Assembly (NCBI GenBank): GCA_035559535.1
Contig: DATMBG010000051.1
Span: 124,001 to 188,000 of the forward strand
Length of the DNA stretch: 64,000 nt
Direction: 5' to 3'
Origin: Candidatus Limnocylindrales bacterium
Lineage (GTDB): Bacteria; Moduliflexota; Moduliflexia; Moduliflexales; JAUQPW01
Position numbers and translations under genes: made by a program. The notes beneath the pieces are model-generated. The model saw only the letters and a program-made list of their open reading frames with translations. It was not told where the DNA came from and ran no database searches. Position 1 is the first letter of the stretch, and each line of letters opens with the position of its first letter. Below, one piece after another: positions 60,675-64,000 of the stretch.

Positions 60675-62258
60675 TTGACAGTTTTTGGAAAAGCTCTTAA
60701 ATCCGCCAGTTGGGTCATGGGAATCCTCCTGATTATCAAAGTCTTTGGCTTTGTAGAAAAGCAGGTTTTGGCCTATTTTTTCGGGACCGGATTCCAAATC
60801 GATGCCTATTTTGTCACCTTTGGAATTTTGATCGTCTTCTGGGATTGCATCCGGGATCTCATAGGTCCTTCCTTTCTTCCGGTTTTGGTAGAAACTAAAG
60901 AGAATCAAACCGAGGCCCAAGGCTGGAAACTGATCAGCATCCTTTTAAACCTCCTGGCAATTATTCTGCTTGGCTTATCTCTTCTTTGCGTACTTTTTGC
61001 ACCGTCCCTGGTACACTTTATTGCTCCCGGATTTAAAGACGAACAGTTTCGGGTCGCCGTTAACCTCATCCGAATTATGTTTACCGGAGCTGCTTTTTTT
61101 GGTATTGAGATCCTGACTTTTCAGGTCCTGAATTCTTATCATCGATTCGTTTTAGCCGTCTTAGGAGACTTCTCCTTTAAGGTTTTAGGGCTGTTAGGAC
61201 TTGTGACGCTTTATCATTCTCTGGGGATTTATGGTCTGGGCGTGGGAATTTTAGTCGGCTCCCTGGTTGCACCTCTGATTCACCTGGCAGGACTCTGGCG
61301 GAAAAGATACCTCTATCAACCCACGCTGGATATAAGCTTTGGTCCCTTCCGTAAAGTTATCTCCCTGATGCTTCCCCTGGTGGCCGGGCTCTTTTTCACC
61401 CAGGGGCGTCGTATCATCGATAATGCCTTCGCATCTACCCTGGCCGTTGGAAGTGTTTCTGCCTTAACTTTCGCTTATAGACTCATTGACTTTCCCTTTG
61501 TAGCCATCGCAGAACCCCTGGCCGTCGTTTTATTCCCCTTTTTTTCTGATTTAGCCGTCAGGCAAAGTAAAACAGATTCCCCTTCCCTGAGAAGGGAACG
61601 AATGGGAGAGAATGAGCTGGTTGAAACCCTGATGGTTGCCCTTAAAACGATTTTTTTGATCTTCATCCCCCTCAGCATTGGCTTATTTACCCTTCGAGTT
61701 CCCATCATTCAACTCCTCTTTGAACGGGGTCATTTCGATGCGAATTCTACCCAGATGACCGTCCTTCCTTTGACCTTCTATGCCTGGGGGATGACCAGTA
61801 ACGCTTTGGAAGCCGTTTTGTTGAGATTCTACTATGCCTTATCAGATACCAAAACTCCCATCCTTTTGGAAGTCATCGCCGTCCTATTCCATGTTACCCT
61901 GGTCTATTTCCTGATAGATCCTCTGCAACATGGGGGTATTGCTTTGGCTTTTACCCTCTCTAAAACCCTTAAAGTTTCCCTTCTCTACATTCTTCTTAAA
62001 GGGAAGGTGGTGAACCTCCATTTTTATAATCTTTTAGGATTTTTAGCCAAACTGGGGCTTGCAGGCATCGCCATGGGAGCTTCCATTTACTTTTATCACG
62101 ATTGGGTTAAGGTTTTATTGGACCTCTCTCACCTGGTGGGCCGTGGAATTCTAGTCGGCTCTGCCGGAATGGTAGGACTGTTAACTTTCTTCGGCATGGT
62201 TCTCCTTTTGAGGGTCCGAGAGGTGGGAACTCTGGTTCACTTACTCAGACCTCATTAA
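60675..62258 (+). CDS. murJ: Lipid II flippase MurJ/MviN family
   Basis: AYFFG.G...DAY, IDNAFAS.L..GSVSAL.FAYRL, LFERGHFD, FYYALSDTKTP; about 14 hydrophobic helices. Confidence 0.88.
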   Translation: MTVFGKALKSASWVMGILLIIKVFGFVEKQVLAYFFGTGFQIDAYFVTFGILIVFWDCIRDLIGPSFLPVLVETKENQTEAQGWKLISILLNLLAIILLGLSLLCVLFAPSLVHFIAPGFKDEQFRVAVNLIRIMFTGAAFFGIEILTFQVLNSYHRFVLAVLGDFSFKVLGLLGLVTLYHSLGIYGLGVGILVGSLVAPLIHLAGLWRKRYLYQPTLDISFGPFRKVISLMLPLVAGLFFTQGRRIIDNAFASTLAVGSVSALTFAYRLIDFPFVAIAEPLAVVLFPFFSDLAVRQSKTDSPSLRRERMGENELVETLMVALKTIFLIFIPLSIGLFTLRVPIIQLLFERGHFDANSTQMTVLPLTFYAWGMTSNALEAVLLRFYYALSDTKTPILLEVIAVLFHVTLVYFLIDPLQHGGIALAFTLSKTLKVSLLYILLKGKVVNLHFYNLLGFLAKLGLAGIAMGASIYFYHDWVKVLLDLSHLVGRGILVGSAGMVGLLTFFGMVLLLRVREVGTLVHLLRPH

Positions 62259-62267
62259 AAACCTGGC

Positions 62268-62768
62268 ATGGTGCGTATTTTTCTGAAAATACCCGGGCAA
62301 CTTCATCCCAAAACCGGTGGAAGGAACAACAGGCAAAAGGCAAAAATAATCGGGGTAGTTCCCTTTGCCTTGGGTTTTCTGTTCGTTCTGGGGAGTTGTA
62401 CCAACAAGGGCGAAACCCCTGAGGAGATTGCCAGAATGTTTTTGGATAAGTATTATATCGAAATCGACCAGGAGGGCGCCCTTCCTATCAGTGCCGGGTT
62501 GGCAGAGAAAAAACTCAAAGAAGAATTAAAACTGGTGGAAGGCATCCGGGGCATGGGGGTCTCACCCCAACAGGCAAAGCCCAACATTTATTATAAATTC
62601 CAGGACGTTAAAGAATCCGGTCCTGCCACCAAAGTTTTTCGATACAAAATTATCATCAAGGGAGGACCGCAAGAGGTCCAGAAAGATGCCATTATGATTG
62701 TTTCCAAAGTAAATAATGTCTGGAAGGTAACCAATTACGATACTTTCGAGGCTTCATCTCCCCCATAA
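62268..62768 (+). CDS. Hypothetical lipoprotein
   Basis: Hydrophobic segment ending LGSC lipobox; TPEEIA..F and WKV pattern; start uncertain. Confidence 0.6.
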   Translation: MVRIFLKIPGQLHPKTGGRNNRQKAKIIGVVPFALGFLFVLGSCTNKGETPEEIARMFLDKYYIEIDQEGALPISAGLAEKKLKEELKLVEGIRGMGVSPQQAKPNIYYKFQDVKESGPATKVFRYKIIIKGGPQEVQKDAIMIVSKVNNVWKVTNYDTFEASSPP

Positions 62769-62835
62769 AGGGTGGTTGAGTGTTATGGATCTGTCCGGAC
62801 ATTAAAGAATATCCCAACGAGTTACTCATCCTTCC

Positions 62836-64000
62836 TTAACGGGTCACACGTACCGATCCCTCTATTTCCACACGATTTTGTGAATGGCTTTTAAAGTGAC
62901 TTATGACTTTTAGCCAACTTACTGCTTTCTGTAACTCTTCCCGAGTAATAGGAACCCCTCCATATCGTGCTTTGTAGTAGAGGCAGGTGATTTCTTGAAC
63001 TTCCGGGGTGTAAGGTACCTGTTTTTCTGCCAGTTGAAAAACAAATTCTTGGGGAGTTTGAGGGCCCTTCTTAGGAAATCCCTTTTTAGCAAGAATTCGA
63101 AGCATCCTCACATATAGCCTGGCTATTTGGAGTTGTTCAGGAGAAGCGGGGGAATGGGGAAAAAGTTTTTTGAACTCGGCCTTTTGCTTAGAGCGAAAGA
63201 GGATAATACCCACGGCAGTTAACCCAATGGCTATAACCGAGAGGGTGATCAGATTTTCTCGACTCAGCAAGGTTTTGATCCGATCCAACCGGGGCAGATC
63301 GGAGGGAAGTTTTTCCAGATACTTTGCCATCTGCCGCTGGAGGCGAAGCGTTTTATTCCTCAGGGTTATGGCCATTTCCACCTGATCCATGAGGTTGTAT
63401 TGGACAATATAACGGTCCCAGCGGGTTCGGATAAAATCAAGGTAGCGGTTTACTCTATTTACAACCGGAATCCGGTCGATAACCGGGGCGTATTCTTCAC
63501 TAAACGCAGCAGGGGGAGTGGGATCGAAGGTAATCCAACCTTTGCCGGGGAAGAAAACCTCAACCCAGGAGTGGGCATCGCTTTGTCGAACCACAAAATA
63601 CTTTCCAAACTCGTTCCACTGGCCTTGCTGGAACCCATTGACTATTCTGGCCGGAATATCCAGGGTTCGCAATAAAACCACCATACCCGTCGCGAAATAT
63701 TCACAATGTCCGGCCCGGTTTTTAAAGAAGAAATCTTCCAGGGGATCGACCCCTTTCTCCCTTTTTACCTCCAGACTATAGGTAAAATTATCCTGTAAAA
63801 ATCGCTCAATGGCCCTGGCTTTATCATAGGGATGTAAAGAGTTTTCAGTGATGGATCTGGCCAGTTTTTTTATTTCCGGAGACAGGGGCGGGAGTTGGGT
63901 ATATCTTTCCTTCAGGTCGGAAACTTCTCCATAGTCCATCGGACCTTCCTTGAGTTCTTCTTCAGAAGGGACTTTAAGATCCGAGTAAACGGTATACTTG
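62836..64000 (-). CDS. Transglutaminase-like TgpA family membrane protein (5' end outside window)
   Basis: GHCEYFAT, DAHSWVEV, FDPTP catalytic triad motifs; C-terminal TM and TPQEF...LYYKARYG; frame open to the window edge. Confidence 0.92.
   Translation of the reverse strand, partial: KYTVYSDLKVPSEEELKEGPMDYGEVSDLKERYTQLPPLSPEIKKLARSITENSLHPYDKARAIERFLQDNFTYSLEVKREKGVDPLEDFFFKNRAGHCEYFATGMVVLLRTLDIPARIVNGFQQGQWNEFGKYFVVRQSDAHSWVEVFFPGKGWITFDPTPPAAFSEEYAPVIDRIPVVNRVNRYLDFIRTRWDRYIVQYNLMDQVEMAITLRNKTLRLQRQMAKYLEKLPSDLPRLDRIKTLLSRENLITLSVIAIGLTAVGIILFRSKQKAEFKKLFPHSPASPEQLQIARLYVRMLRILAKKGFPKKGPQTPQEFVFQLAEKQVPYTPEVQEITCLYYKARYGGVPITREELQKAVSWLKVISHFKSHSQNRVEIEGSVRVTR

Overview
Chromosomal window from an unidentified bacterium (no taxon can be fixed from sequence alone; the recA-pilT-recX-alaS order resembles Desulfobacterota/Nitrospirota-type genomes). 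Left to right: an antitoxin with a broken RelE/ParE toxin; two convergent Fe(II)/2-oxoglutarate dioxygenases and an orphan Tat-exported ABC binding protein; dnaA with upstream DnaA boxes but no dnaN, followed directly by an 11-gene complex I-like operon (nuoABCDHIJKLMN, no nuoEFG); an SGNH hydrolase and a diguanylate cyclase; recA-pilT-recX, a hybrid kinase and alaS; a B12 radical SAM enzyme with an unusual C-terminal domain; an RRM protein with a terminator-containing leader; CoxD/CoxE-like AAA+/VWA genes; a 14-gene surface glycan cluster (wzt without wzm, four methyltransferases, a sulfotransferase, an aminotransferase, glycosyltransferases); a Tat sulfite-oxidase-family molybdoenzyme plus cytochrome c converging on arsR-arsM-arsC; then clostripain, HAD, murJ and a partial transglutaminase gene. 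The most striking non-coding signal is a dense set of small palindromic elements (GTAG-type REPs, MITE-like units, 7/8-mer hairpins) at many gene junctions, some inside reading frames. No rRNA, tRNA, CRISPR array or transposase was recognised. All calls come from reading motifs by eye; no database searches were run.
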